Positions 34,609 through 49,600 of a stretch of DNA of 64,000 nt are shown piece by piece. The DNA is from Anaeramoeba ignava BMAN (taxonomy: Eukaryota > Protista > Anaeramoebae), in the NCBI GenBank assembly GCA_028826165.1, contig JAPDFW010000110.1:122290-186289 (forward strand), given 5' to 3'. Position 1 is the first letter of the stretch, and every line of letters begins with the position of its first letter. The notes below the pieces were generated by a model. It made no database searches, was not told the DNA's origin, and saw nothing but the letters and a program-made list of their open reading frames with translations. A program made the translations under genes and the position numbers.

Positions 34609-37530
34609 TTAAAGTAATCTGCTTCTTCTTTCATAAACTTCTTTTCTTAATTTTCTTAAATGATATAAATTTCTTAATCTTCTAAATTCTTTCAAAAATG
34701 TTTCAAGATTAATTTCATCTGATTTAAATTTACTTGCAAGTTCTTCAGATTCAGAATTTGCAATTTCTTTTGCTTCTTCTAATTTTTCAATATAAAATTC
34801 AGGTTTTTTACTTTCTTTCAATGTGTTTCTTATTTCAACTTTTTGTTGATAATTTGTTCTTAAATCTCTTAAAATTTGTTGTTGTTTTTTCAATTCATTT
34901 TCATATTGAATTTTTTCATTCTTAATTTTTTCAATTTCAAAACTAACTTGAGCAATTTGATTATTTAAACCTTCTTTAATTTCAATTTTTTGTTTTTTTG
35001 TTTGTGAATTGTCAAAAAATTCTTTGTATTTTTTTGGATCTTTAAGAATCATTTTTAATTGTTTTTTATCAAGTAAATCTAATTCATCATCTAATGAATT
35101 AATTTGTGGTTTTGTTTCATTTGTTTCAATATTTGTTTCAATATTTGTTTCAACATTTGCTGTTATATTTGGGTTTATTGGAAGTGGATCTAAATTCTCT
35201 TCTTTTTCTTGTGGATTAAAAGAAGGATCTTCTAATTGATTTAAATTTATTTCGTTTTCTTGTGGATTAAAAGAAGGTTTTAAAGGACTTGTTGATTGAT
35301 TTAAATTCATATCTTTTTCTTGTGGATTAAAAGAAGGTTTTGAAGGACTTGTTGATTGATTTCCATATTGATTTCCAAATTGATTTTCAAATTGATTTAG
35401 TGATTGATCTCCAAATTTATTTCCATATTGATTTCCATATTGGTTTCCATATTGATTTCCAAATTGTGGAGGTGATTGATTTTGAAATTGTTTTGAAAAC
35501 TCATTTAAATTGCTTTCGGTTTCTTGCGAATGAAAATATGGATTTGTTGGGCTTATTGATGGGTTTTTATATTGAGGTACTTGAATGTTCGTACTTTTTG
35601 TATTTAAATATGGATTCATTCCGATTCCTGTTTGTTTGATTTCTCTTGAAATTGGTGGTGAATCTGCTTCTAATTTTTTTACTAATTCTGATATGAAATC
35701 TCCTACATCTGTGTGAATACTCCAGTTTATTAACTTTGTATGATTTCTTATTGATCCATCTTCTTTATCAACAAATGGATGTAGAATTTTTGGTTCTACT
35801 TTAAGTTGTGGTGGTTTTTCTGGGAATCTTTCAGGAAGAGTTCTATTTTTTTTTTTGGATTTATTAATAAATAAATTTATATTTATATTTATATTTATAT
35901 TTATATTTATATTTATATTTATATTTATATTTATATTTATATTTATATTTATATTTATATTTATATTTATATTTATATTTATATTTATATTTATATTTAT
36001 ATTTATATTTATATTTATATTTATATTTATATTTATATTTATATTTATATTTATATTTATATTTATATTTATATTTATATTTATATTTATATTTATATTT
36101 ATATTTATATTTATATTTATATTTATATTTATATTTATATTTATATTTATATTTATATTTATATTTATATTTATATTTATATTTATATTTATATTTATAT
36201 TTATATTTATATTTATATTTATATTTATATTTTTATATTTTATATTTATATTTATATTTATATATTTATATTTTATTTTATATATTTATATTTTATTTTT
36301 ATATTTATATTTATATTTATATTTATATTTATATTTATATTTATATTTATATTTATATTTATATTTATTTATATTTATATTTATATTTATATTTATATTT
36401 ATATTTATATTTATATTTATATTTATATTTATAATTTATATTTATATTTATATTTTATATTTATAATTATTTATATTTATATTTATATTTATATTTATAT
36501 TTATATTTATATTTATATTTATATTTATATTTTATATTTTATATTTATATTTATGTTTATATTTTTTATATTTATATTTATATTTATATTTATATTTATA
36601 TTTATATTTATATTTAGATATTTATATTTATATTTATATTTATGTATTTATATTTATATTTTATATTTATTTATATTTTATGTTTTTATTTATATTTATA
36701 TTTATATTTATATTTATATTTATATTTATATTTATATTTATATTTATATTTATATTTATATTTATATTTTATATTTATATTTTAGTATTTATGTTTATAT
36801 TTATATTTATATTTATATTTATATTTATATTTATATTTATATTTATATTTATATTTATATTTATATTTATATTTATATTTATATTTATATTTATATTTAT
36901 ATTTATGTTTATATTTATATATTTATGTTTATATTTATTTTATATTTTATTTATTTTATATTTTTTATTTTTATATATTTATATTTATATTTATATTTTA
37001 TATTTATATTTTATATTTATATTTATATTTATATTTATATTTATATTTATATTTATATTTATATTTATATTTATATTTATATTTATATTTATATTTATAT
37101 TTATATTTATATTTATATTTATATTTATATTTATATTTATATTTATATTTATATTTATATTTATATTTATTTTAAATTTTAGAATTTATATTTATATTTT
37201 ATATTTATATTTATATTTATATTTATATAAGGAAAAATTTAAAAATTTTAATTTTATATTTATATTTATATTTTTATATTTATATTTATATTTTATATTT
37301 ATATTTATATTTTTATATTTTAAAATTTATATTTATATTTATATTTATATTTATATTTATATTTATATTTAAATTAAATTTCGTATTATTTACATTTCAA
37401 GGAACACTTTCCCATCTCTTAAATTTACAGGAATTTTCATAAAGTTTAAATCATGACCATATTCAAGACTTTGATTTTTAGAAAGTAAAGAACTAATTTG
37501 TTTGTCTCTGTGTTCTAAAAAATTTGTCAT
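34609..37530 (-). CDS. VPS37: ESCRT-I subunit VPS37 (VPS37A type: UEV-like N-terminus plus Mod(r) domain); exons 37530-37394 and 35842-34609
   Basis: [14 protein letters not shown]...HPFVD...W (UEV-like); C-terminal [10 protein letters not shown]...[23 protein letters not shown] (Mod(r)). GT-AG phase-2 intron. Confidence 0.85.
35875..37370. repeat. Intronic hexamer microsatellite (ATTTAT)n
   Basis: 1.5 kb, near-perfect at its left end, filling the VPS37 intron. Confidence 0.97.
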
Positions 37531-37720
37531 ATAAAAAAATGAAAAAAATGAAAAAAAAAAATGAAAAATAAAAGGAGAAAAAAATTAATTTAAAAAGGAA
37601 AAAAATTAAAAAAAAAAAGGAGAAAAATAAATTTTTTTTTACAACAAAACATTTCATTTTTTCCTTTTTAAATTAATTTAAATCCAATCAGGAAAATCAA
37701 TTTTGAATTTTAAAATTAAA

Positions 37721-39408
37721 ATGAATTACGGAAGAAAATTCAATTTTTCACCTGGGTTTGTTATTAAAAAATTAATTTCAAATCTTTAAAAAAAAAAATT
37801 TTTTTTTTCTCAATTTAAAATCAATAAAAATAAAACTGATTGAAATTTTTTTTTAAAATAAAATACAAATAAAAAAGACCAGCAATTATGCCTGAATCTG
37901 TTTTAAAAAAAGCAGCTGATGAAATGCTTAATTATCAAGGAACAGGTTTGAATTAATCTTTTTTTTAAAAAAAAAATTATTCAAAATTAATATTTGCTTT
38001 TTTTTTTTGTTTTATAATTATTTTTTAGGAATTAGTGTAATGGAAATGAGTCACAGAAGTAAAGAATTTGAAGCAATTCTTAAAGGAGCAGATGATAATC
38101 TTAGAAAGTTATTAAATATCCCTGATACATATGCTATTCTTTATCTTCAAGGTTTTACATTAAATTTTACATTAAATTTTAATTTTAATTTTAATTTTAA
38201 TTCTAATTTTAATTTCCAAATCAAATTTAATTATAATTTCCAAATCAAATTTAAGGTGGTGCTCATTACCAATTTAGTGCAATTCCATTGAATCTTCTTG
38301 GTGATAAAAAAAAGGCAGATTATATTATTACAGGATCATGGTCAGAACGAGCAGCCAAAGAAGCAGAAAAATATTGCGAAGTTAATGTTGTCACAAAACC
38401 CACAAAATTCAATACAATTCCAGATAAAAAAGAATGGAAATTATCACCTGATGCTGCTTATGTTTACATGTAAAGATAAATTTTAATATAAATTTTAATA
38501 TAAATTTTAATATAAATATTAATTTTAATTTAAATATAAATTTTAATATAAATTTTAATATAAATTTTAATATAAATTTTAATATAAATTTAAATATTAA
38601 TTTAGGTGCGATAATGAAACCATTTTTGGAGTTGAATTTCCAGATATTCCAGATACTGGTGATATTCCTCTTGTTGCTGATATGTCTTCCAACTTTCTTT
38701 CAAGACCTTTTGATATTACTAAATTCGGACTTGTTTATGCATGTGCTCAAAAGAATTTTGGAATGGCGTAAGAAAACTAACTTTAGTTTTATAAATATAA
38801 ATATAGATATAATTATTTAAAATATAATTATAAAATTGATGAAAAATAGTGGATTAACAATTGTGGTTGTCAGAAAAGATCTTATTGGAAACGCAAGAAA
38901 AGATACACCAATGTTAATGGACTATAAATTACAATTTGATAGCAGAAGTCTTTATAACACTCCTTCAACTTATTGCATTTATATTGCTGCTTTAATTTTT
39001 GATTGGATGGTTGAACAAGGAGGTCTTGAAGCATTCGATAAACTTAACAAGGAAAAAAGTAAAACCATTTATGATGCAATTGAAAACTCTAATGGATTCT
39101 TTTATTCTCCTGTTGATGCTAAATGCAGATCAAGAATGAATATCCCATTCTTAGCTAAAGATACTTCATTGGAAAAATTATTTATGGAAGAAGCTGGAAA
39201 ATTAGATTTGATTGGTCTTCAAGGGCACAGATCTGTTGGTGCTTTCAGAGCTAGGTTTGTTTTTTATTTTTTATATTATTTATATTTATTTATTTTTGTT
39301 TTTGTTTTTGTTTTTGTTTTTAGTATTTACAATGCTTTCCCACTTGAAGGTTGCAAGAAATTAGCTACATTTATGAAGGATTTCCAAGAAAAACATGAAA
39401 AGAAATGA
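37721..39408 (+). CDS. PSAT1: Phosphoserine aminotransferase (PLP-dependent), 7 exons
   Basis: [50 protein letters not shown] (PLP lysine), [29 protein letters not shown]. Confidence 0.96.
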
Positions 39409-39600
39409 AGATTTTTCTAAATCATTTTTTTTTTCATTCCACTTTTTTCCATTCCACTTTTTTTTTCAATTAGTCAAATCAAAAAGATTTTTTTTTCTTT
39501 TCTTTTTTCTTTTTCTTTTTCTTTTTCTTTTAGCTCATAAAAAAAAGCTTTCAAGTTCCTTTTTCTTTTCCCTTTTTTTTAGATTTTGAATATTAATTTT

Positions 39601-40867
39601 TAGAAAAAAAAATCAATATTTTTCTTTAAAACTAAATCATAAACTTTTGGATTTTTTGGAGTTTCTAAAGAATCAAGTAAATTACAAATTATTATTCCTT
39701 TTTCATTTTGATTTTCCATTTTGATTTTCATTAGAAATAGTTTGATTCATTAATTCCATAAAAATAGATTCTCCAATTGATCTAATTTCTTGATTTTCTT
39801 GTTCTTCATGAAGACAAAAAAGAAAAATAGATTGATAGATTTGAATTGTGAAACCAGAAGAATTAATTTTAGAAATTTTTTGAAGTTTAGATAGTATTTC
39901 CAAAGATAAAATTCTAGTTCGAAGATCTTTATCTCTAATTTTGATTACTAAAATTGGAATTGATTCAATCAAAATTGAAGACAAGAATTGATCGTTTTGT
40001 TCCATTTCTTCAATTATTTTATCTAAACCTAAAACAATTTCTCTTCTTACAGTTGCTGTTGGATCTAATTTTAAAGATTGAAATAAGCAATGAATAGTTT
40101 GACTTTTTGGAATTACAATTTTTTTCAATTGTTTTTGTTTAAATTTGGATTGATTTTTGATTTGATTAAGAAAATGAAAATGAGTAAAAAGAATTTTAAC
40201 AGCTTGAACTCTCATTTCAAAAGAGGGATCTGTTGATAAGATCATTTGAGAAATTTGAAATTTTTTTTTAGGGAAAATTTCTTTTAAAAGAATAAAAGCA
40301 GATAATCTTTCTTTATGATTAACAAAGTAATTTTGAGTTTCTTCTAAAAGAATTCTGTAAATTTTTTCTATAAATGGATGTTTCAAATTATTTTGATTAT
40401 TTAGATTATTTTGATTATTTTGATTATTTTGATTATTTTGATTATTTAAATTATTTTGATTATTTTGATTATTTTGATTATATTTAAATTATTTTGATTA
40501 TTTTAAATTATTTAAATTATTTTGATTATTTTGATTATTTTGATTATTTTGATTATTTAAATTATTTTGATTATTTTAAATGATTATTTTGATTATTTAA
40601 ATTATTTAAATTATTTATTTAGATTATTTTGATTATTTAAATTATTTAAATTATTTAAATTATTTAAATTATTTAGATATTTAAATTATTTAAATTATTT
40701 AAATTATTTTGATTATTTAAATTATTTAGATTATTTTGATTATTTTGATTATTTAAATTATTTAAATTATTTTGATTATTTTGATTATTTAAATTATTTA
40801 GATTATTTAGATTATTTAGATTATTTTGATTATTTAAATTATTTTTGATTATTTTTATTCTGTCCAT
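39601..40867 (-). CDS. HEAT-repeat protein resembling the N-terminal part of condensin subunit CAP-G (short); both ends uncertain
   Basis: Core ORF 39703-40386 has DPSFEMRVQAV, DPTATVRREIV and IRDKDLRTRILSLEIL HEAT motifs. Removing one G at 39716-39717 extends it as KGIIICNLLDSLETPKNPKVYDLVL. Probable start at 40867 through an indel-containing NNQ/NNL repeat. Confidence 0.55.
40385..40850. repeat. 9-bp repeat (TTGATTATT / TAAATTATT), possibly encoding NNQ/NNL on the minus strand
   Basis: Tandem repeat between ATG 40867 and the HEAT ORF. Confidence 0.85.
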
Positions 40868-41530
40868 TTAATTTTTCACAAATTAAATTGAAAAATGGAT
40901 AATTATTTGATTATTTTGAATTCAATTTTTCAAAATAAAAAGGATTTTTCCACATTTTGATATAATTAATCAAAAATGATAAATAAATTTTATTTAGATT
41001 ATTTGTTCATCTTCTTCAAGAATTTTAAAATTAAATTTGAATTGAAAAATAATTGAAAAGATTTAGATGATTTAATTTTTGAATTGATTTAAAATTATTT
41101 TTATTCTGTCCATTTAATTTTTCACAAATTAAATTTAAAAAAGAGAATGATAAATAACTTTTTGATCAATTTTATTCTTTTAAATGTAAAAACAATTGAC
41201 ATTTATTTTTGTTCTAAAAATTATTTTTAATTGATTTTAAATTTTTGTTTAAAAAAGAATAAAAATAACTTTTTGATTAATTTTATTCTTTTAAATAAAA
41301 AAAAAATTTTGTTCCACTTTTTAAAAATTGAAAAAATAAAAATTAAAAATTGAAAAATAAAAAATAAAAGAAAAATTAAAGAAAAAATAAAGAAAAAAAA
41401 CAATAAATTTCCATTATTTTGTTTGTAAAATAAAAAATAAATGCCGGATTTTTCAAATTTATGGAATTTTGATTTCATTTTTTTTTTGTAGAAAATTTGA
41501 ATCCAGAATAAAATGTGAACAAAAATTGAT

Positions 41531-42663
41531 TTAAATTTTATTTGTTGAATCAAGACCTAATTCATCTTGACTTACTAAAGAATCAGGATCTCTTGGTTTT
41601 AAAAATGCATTTATATCTTCAGATTCAGCTAAATCATTATCTTGTAATAAATGATTTAAATATTTCTCAAGATCTTGTTTTCTTTGTTCTATAAATTTCT
41701 CTTTCATATTTCCAATAACTTTTTTTGCTGGTAATTTACTATCTTTCATTTCAACTGGAAAATTCTTTTTTAACTTTTGATTTTAAATTTTAATTTTAAT
41801 TTTAATTTAAATTTAAATTTTGATTTTGATTTTGATTTTGATTTTAATTTTGATTTTAATTTTGATTTTAATTTAGATTTTGATTTTAATTTTATAAATG
41901 AATTTTGATTTTGATTTAGATTTTGATTTTAATTTTGATTTTAATTTTGATTTTGATTTTAATTTTGATTTTAATTTTGATTTTAATTTTAATTTTGATT
42001 TTGATTTTAATTTTAATTTTAATTTTGATTTTAATTTTAATTTTAATTTTAATTTTGATTTAAATTTTGATTTAAATTTTGATTTTGATTTTGATTTAGA
42101 TTTTAATTTTGGTTTTGATTTTAATTTTATAAATGAATTTTGATTTAGATTTTGATTTTAATTTTATAAATGAATTTTGATTTTGATTTTAGTTTTGATT
42201 TTAATTTTGGTTTAAATTTTAATTTTGATTTTGATTTTAATTTAGATTTCGATTTTAATTTTATAAATGAATTTTGGTTTCGATTTTAATTTTGATTTTA
42301 ATTTTAATCTTGATTTTAAATTTGATTTAGATTTTGATTTTAATTTTGATTTTATAAATGAATTTTGATTTTAATTTTGATTTTGATTTTAATTTTATAA
42401 ATGAATTTTGATTTTGATTTAGATTTTGATTTTGATTTTGATTTTAATTTTAATTTTGATTTTAATTTTGAAAAAAAAATTTTTTCTTATTTAAAATCAA
42501 AAAAAAAAAGTATTTATTTTACAGTTTTATGTAAAGTAACAAATTCAGAGTATCTTTTCCAAACACCCCAAAGTTGAGTTCCTTGTCTAACTGCAACTAA
42601 ATATTCAATATGTCCATCAGTTTTTCTGGATTTTGTAAATTTTACAACCAATTCTTGTGACAT
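41531..42663 (-). CDS. Small PX-domain-only protein (sorting-nexin-like); exons 42663-42523 and 41773-41531
   Basis: HIEYLVAV...KRYSEFVTLHKT-LKK...LPAKKVIGNMKEKFIEQRKQDLEKYL is a PX signature. Phase-0 GT-AG intron. Confidence 0.9.
41776..42470. repeat. Intronic hexamer satellite (TTTTGA/TTTTAA)n
   Basis: Fills the PX gene intron. Confidence 0.9.
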
Positions 42664-42830
42664 TTAAAAAGAAAAAAGAAAAAATGAAAAATGAAAAAAG
42701 AAAAACGAAAAATGAAAAATGAAAATTTTTTTCTGAAAGAATTTTAAAAAAAAAAAAGCGAATTCGAGAAAAAAGAAAAGAAAAAAAAAGAAAAGAAATG
42801 ATTATAAAAGAGATTAAAAGGAGGAATTAA

Positions 42831-45800
42831 TTATTTACATCCAATAAAATTTTTGGAATTTCTTTTTATCATTCTTAAATATAATCCAATAGAATAAACA
42901 ATAAATCCAACACAAAGTGAAAAACTAAAATAATATAATCCATATGATGTTTTTTTAGTTGATGAAACAAATGGAATAATTCCTCCAATTCCCCAATTTG
43001 ATTGTGGTATTTTAAGACTTGAAATAATTGTAAGAAGTGTTAACGATAATGTTTGAATATTATTTGCTCGAATTGAAATGAATGGTTTTAAAATAAGATG
43101 TGTAATCAAGAAAACAATACAAAATATTGTTGAAATTGTTGCATTTGTTATTGGAGTTGTTATATAAGCTTGAAATATCAAAAGAAGAACTTTCCAAATC
43201 ATCATTAAAATTCCAAACCAATAAAATTTAGATCTAAATGGATTGTAAAAAATATTCAAAACACATATTTTATGAACAACTCTTTTGTATCTAAAAAGAA
43301 TATAAAATAACACGAATGGGAAGAAGAGAAAGAACAACTGCAAGAAAAATGAGGAATTTTTGAATTGGATTATAACAAACTAATTCAGGATAAAGAAATA
43401 ATCTTTTTTGATTTGTGTTTGGAGGAATTCCAAGAACTAAACAAGATGTTAAATTAAAAACAACATCAAGAACAACAGGATAAGTAAGAAAAAGAAGAGT
43501 AGCAACAGTAATATTGATTCTAGTCAAGAAAGGAATTGAAACATAACTAACACGATTAACTTCAGCAATAAAATTTGATTTTAGAAATCCAATTCGAGTT
43601 TTTTTATTAGGAGTATTATCTTCTTCAGAAATATCAGTTGGTGTTCTTATAAGAGTATCGGTAACAATAGAAGAAGAGGAAAGATCATCAGAAGTATAGA
43701 TATTATGACGTTCAGCAAGATGCCATTTTGCCTTATTGAACTGCAAATGAACTACTTGTTCTTGTGATTTTTGGATAGGTATATTATTTGATGTTGTGTT
43801 TTTCATTTGAGATAAATTTGAATGATTTCGTGCATGAACATGTGAATAAGTATCCAAATTTGGGTATTGAGGTAAATTTTGAAAATGATACGAAATAACA
43901 CCTTGTGTTGATTCTTTCCCCTCTTTGAAGATTATTATCTGATGTGTTTTTTCCTGAATCTTCTAGTGAAAATGCAATATCTAAATCAAAAAGTGTTAAA
44001 TCATCAGGTGAGCGTTGTGCATTGGAATTATCAATATATTCTCGAAAATAGTTTTTGTAATCTTTGTAATTGTATTCTTCTTCTGAATCTGTATCTGTTG
44101 GCGTTCCAGTTATTTCAACAAATTGATTATCTTTTCGAAGCTTTTGATGCTTGAATAAAACAATAATGTAAATAAAACATGCAAGTAATATTGTTGAAAA
44201 TGGTCCAATTAATCGCATTAATAATTTTTGGATTGAATTGATTGAACTTGATGATGGGCATTCTCCAAAATTGTAGAAAATAGGGAGATAAGCTTGAAGA
44301 TTGAAAATATCAGAAAATGAAAGAAGAAACATCCAAAAAAAATCTTTTTTTTTAGATTCCATACTTGGTAATACAATTCGAAGAATTTGGAAAAAAAATG
44401 TAAAAATATGGAAATTTGCAGTTGATCCATGTTGAATTTTGAGGAAACTCCAAACAATCCAAATTGCTTTTGGAATTAAAAGTAAAATATAAATTCCAAC
44501 TTGATCTTGGCAATCTTTTAATGGTTTGCAAACTTCTCCAGGCATTAATGTTTCAGTATAATTATCTTCACATTGAGAACATAATATTCCTTTTCGATTG
44601 TTGTAACATTCATTATAAAGTAAAAGTGTTGTGTTTTCAATACTTGGAGCTGAGCAGAAATTAGGTGGACATGGAAAAAATTTGATTATTCCATTTTCTT
44701 GTTCAATTCCATTAAATCCAAGTTTAGAATAAATTGCTGCACTTCCTTTGCATAATCCTTCTTGTGGACAATCAAAACATTGTTGAATTCCCATGTGGTT
44801 TGTTCCTTTATGGAGTGAATAAGTACCAACAGGACAAGGTAAACATTGTATTTTCATTAATTCTTTGTATTTATTAACTAGTGTTTGTGTAGATTGACTG
44901 TATTTATTATATTGGTCGCCTTGAGCACAATAAAAATCAAAATTAGTAAATATAGGAGAAGTTGGTGTTAAGAAAAAAAGAACAGTATCATGAGGTTTAG
45001 CAATACTCCATTCATTTCCTTCTAATGAAATTTGACCGATTGACATGAAGAAAATTTCAGAACCAACAGTTGCATCATTTGCTCCAAATTTTGTATTTGA
45101 AGATGAAAAACTATTGATATCTCTCAAATAGAAACCTGCTCCTTGAAGTGCTTGATTATTATCTATTGTGTTATTTTGAGTATATGCTAATATTGGTGCA
45201 TGAATATAACAAGCTCCTCCATTTTCTCCAATATTATATATAAATTGATTATTCAAAATATAAAGTTGGTTTGCAATGTCTTGTCCTTCAGTCATGTATT
45301 CTAAATTGTCTAATCCAACAGCAATACCTCCACTGTATCCACTATTACCGCTAATATTGTTATTATCGAATTGTAATACTACATCATTCATAAGTCCATT
45401 AAACTTCAAACCAAATCCACCAGCTACTTCTCTTCCATGATTGTTTGTGATATAATTTGAATCAACAAGTAAATTGAGATTATTGCATTCTGAAAAATAA
45501 ACCATTCCAATTCCTCCAAAAGATGATCCATTATTAATAGTGATATTGTTTTGTTTGAATTCAAAGCTTAGATTGTAGTTTTCCTCAATTGATTTAACAA
45601 GTATAGCTCCAGAAGCAGATCCAAGATTATTATAAAAATTATTTTGATTAATTTGGAACATTGTGTCATTAAAAGATTCCAAATAATATATTTCTAAACC
45701 ACCAGATTCACCACTATTTCCACTTATACTATTTTGAGAAAAATCAATAAAAACAGGAGAAACAGAAACATTTCTCAAAACAATTGAGATTGCACCACCT

Positions 45801-46408
45801 CCGTTATTAGGATTTGTATTATTAAAAAAACTAGAATCTTGAATTAAAACATTTGGAGAATCTTCAATAAGAACAGCGCCAGCAAAAACATCACCATTAA
45901 CAGCACCTAAAACAACTTGATTATAACTAAATATGCAATTTTTGATTGTAATATTTGCATTTCTAACAGTTATAGCAGGTCCTCCGTTTCCTTGAAATTC
46001 CCAAGACATTAATTTCGTGTTTCTAATTTCTATATTTTCCAAATAAACATTGCCAAGTCCATTAAAACCAAAACCGAATGTTGATCCACCACAATCAATG
46101 ATAACATTTCCACCAATTCCTTTTATTGATATACTTTTGTTTGTCCACCAATTACAATTGGAAGAACTGTATTCACCACTATAAACATATATTTCATCTC
46201 CTGAAACGCATTTATTAACGGCTCTTGATATAAGATCGCATAATGCTTCTCCTTCACTATAATAGCATTGTTTGCTTTTTCCATCAACTGATACAAACAT
46301 TTTTGCTGTTGAAACTTTTCCAATTAATGTTGTTATGATTATTCCAATTAATATTTGAATTAAAATATTATTTTGTATTTTTTTAAGTGTTTTTTTAATT
46401 TTAATCAT
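42831..46408 (-). CDS. Surface protein copy A: signal peptide, pectin-lyase-like beta-helix (GGAI/FxxN repeats), Cys-rich stalk, about 9-10 TM segments; split by two apparent +1 frameshifts (about 43920 and 43319)
   Basis: ORFs 43784-46408, 43291-43857 and 42831-43343 join into one frame once an extra base in CCCC and GGG runs is removed (compared with copy B). CLPCPVGTYS, CPPNFC, CYNNRKGILCSQC; YNPFRSKFYWFG...HLILKPF...N-type TM module. Confidence 0.85.
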
Positions 46409-46686
46409 TTTAAAAAATTAATAGAAATAGATTTTTTTTGTGTTTTCTTTTTTTTTTTTCTTTGTTTCTTTTTAAAAAAAAAAAATTTTGAAATACTAAG
46501 TGAAGTAAAAAAAAAAAGGAAAAATAAAAGAAAATAAGAAAAAAAATGAAGTTTAATAAAAGAAAATAATATTTTTTTTTTCTTATTAAATTTATGAGTC
46601 ATCTTCCTCTTTCAAAAAGAAAAAAAAAAAAGAAAAGAAAAAAAAGAAAAGAAATGATTATAAAAGAGATTAAAAAGAGGAATTAA

Positions 46687-49600
46687 TTATTTACATCCAA
46701 TAAAATTTTTGGAATTTCTTTTTATCATTCTGAAATATAATCCAATAGAATAAACAATAAATCCAACACAAAGTGAAAAACTAAAATAATATAATCCATA
46801 TGATGTTTTTTTAGTTGATGAAACAAATGGAATAATTCCTCCAATTCCCCAAATTGATTGTGGTATTTTAAGACTTGAAATAATTGTAAGAAGTGTTAAC
46901 GATAATGTTTGAATATTATTTGCTCGAATTGAAATGAATGGTTTTAAAATAAGATGTGTAATCAAGAAAACAATACAAAATATTGTTGAAATTGTTGCAT
47001 TTGTTATTGGATTTGTTATATAAGCTTGAAATATCAAAAGAAGAACTTTCCAAATCATCATTAAAATTCCAAACCAATAAAATTTAGATCTAAATGGATT
47101 GTAAAAAATATTCAAAACACATATTTTATGAACAACTCTTTTGGATTTAAAAAGAATATAAAATAATGCGAATGGAAGAAGAGAAAGAACAACTGCAAGA
47201 AAAATGAGGAATTTTTGAATTGGATTATAACAAACTAATTCAGGATAAAGAAATAATCTTTTTTGATTTGTGTTTGGAAGAATTCCAAGAACTAAACAAG
47301 ATGTTAAATTAAAAACAACATCAAGAACAACAGGATAAGTAAGAAAAAGAAGAGTAGCAACAGTAATGTTTATTCTAGTCAAGAGAGGTCTTGAAACATA
47401 ACTAACACGATTAACTTCAGCAATAAAATTTGATTTTAGAAATCCAATTCGAGTTTTTTTGATTAGGAGTATTATCTTCTTCAGAAATATCAGTTGGTGT
47501 TCTTATAAGAGTATCAGTAAGAATAGGAGAAGAAGAGATGGTTTCAGAAAGGTAAATTTCATTCTGTTCCGCAGGATGCCATTTGGCTTGATCGAACTGC
47601 AAATGAACTACTTGTTCTGTTTTTGTGCTTTTCATTTGAGATGATCCTCTGTGATTTTGGGAATTGAAATTAGCTTGTTCTTTCCCTCTTTGATGATTAT
47701 TATCTGATGTGTTTTTTCCTGAATCTTCTAGTGAAAATGATTTTGCTTCATTTTCTAATAGTTTGAGTTCATCAGGTGAACTTTGTCCATTGGAATTATC
47801 AATATATTCTCGTACATAATTTTTGTAATCTTTGTAATCGTCGTCTGCTTTAGAATCTGTATTTGTATCTGAATCTGTATCTGTTGGCGTTCCAGTTATT
47901 TCAAACATATTTTGTTTTCGAAGCTTTTGATGCTTGAATAAAACAATAATGTAAATAAAACATGCAAGTAATATTGTTGAAAATGGTCCAATTAATCGCA
48001 TTAATAATTTTTGAATTGAATTGATTGAACTTGATGATGGGCATTCTCCAAAATTGTAGAAAATAGGGAGATAAGCTTGAAGATTGAAAATATCAGAAAA
48101 TGAAAGAAGAAACATCCAAAAAAAATCTTTTTTTTTAGATTCCATACTTGGTAATACAATTCGAAGAATTTGGAAAAAAAATGTAAAAATATGGAAATTT
48201 GCAGTTGATCCATGTTGGATTTTAAGGAAACTCCAAACAATCCAAATTGCTTTTGGAATTAAAAGTAAAATATAAATTCCAACTTGATCTTGGCAATCTT
48301 TTAATGGTTTGCAAACTTCTCCAGGCATTAATGTTTCAGTATAATTATCTTCACATTGAGAACATAATATTCCTTTTCGATTGTTGTAACATTCATTATA
48401 AAGTAAAAGTGTTGTGTTTTCAATACTTGGAGCTGAGCAGAAATTAGGTGGACATGGAAAAAATTTGATTATTCCATTTTCTTGTTCAATTCCATTAAAT
48501 CCAAGTTTAGAATAAATTGCTGCACTTCCTTTGCATAATCCTTCTTGTGGACAATCAAAACATTGTTGAATTCCCATGTGATTTGTTCCTTTCTGGAGTG
48601 AATAAGTACCAACAGGACAAGGTAAACATTGTATTTTCATTAATTCTTTGTATTTATTAACTAGTGTTTGTGGAGATGTAATTGATTTGTTGTAATCATC
48701 ACCTTGAGCACAATAGAAATCAAAATTAGTAAATATAGGAGAAGTTGAAGTCAAGAAAAAAAGAACAGAATCATAAGGCTTAGCAATACTCCATTCATTT
48801 CCTTCTAATGAAATTTGACCGATTGACATGAAGAAAATTTCAGAACCAACAGTTGCATCATTTGCTCCAAATTTTGTGTTTGAAGATGAAAAACTATTGA
48901 TATCTCTCAAATAGAAACCTGCTCCTTGAAGTGCTTGATTATTATCTATTGTGTTATTTTGAGTATATGCTAATATTGGTGCATGAATATAACAAGCTCC
49001 TCCATTTTCTCCAATATTATATATAAATTGATTATTCAAAATATAAAGTTGGTTTGCAATGTCTTGTCCTTCAGTCATGTATTCTAAATTGTCTAATCCA
49101 ATAGCAATACCTCCACTGTATCCAATATTCCCGCTAATAAAATTATTGCTAATTTGGATATATGTATTGTTGAGGAATTCATTGTATTTTGCAGCAAATC
49201 CGCCAGCTACTTCTCTTCCATGATTGTTTGTGATATAATTTGAATCAACAAGTAAATTGAGATTATTGCATTCTGAAAAATAAACCATTCCAATTCCTCC
49301 AAAAGATGATCCATCATTGGTAGTGATATTGTTTTGTTTGAATTCAAAACTTGCATTGTAGTTTTCCTCAATTGATTTAACAAGTATAGCTCCAGAAGCA
49401 GATCCAAGATTATTATAAAAATTATTTTGATTAATTTGGGATATTGTGTCATTAAAAGATTCCAAATAATATATTTCTAAACCACCAGATTCACCACTAT
49501 TTCCACTTATACTATTTTGAGAAAAATCAATAAAAACAGGAGAAACAGAAACATTTCTCAAAACAATTGAGATTGCACCACCTCCGTTATTAGGATTTGT

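Noticed and set aside
37721-39408. Recent bacterial transfer of serC
   Set aside because: Six spliceosomal introns and host-like composition; nothing in the sequence indicates recent transfer.
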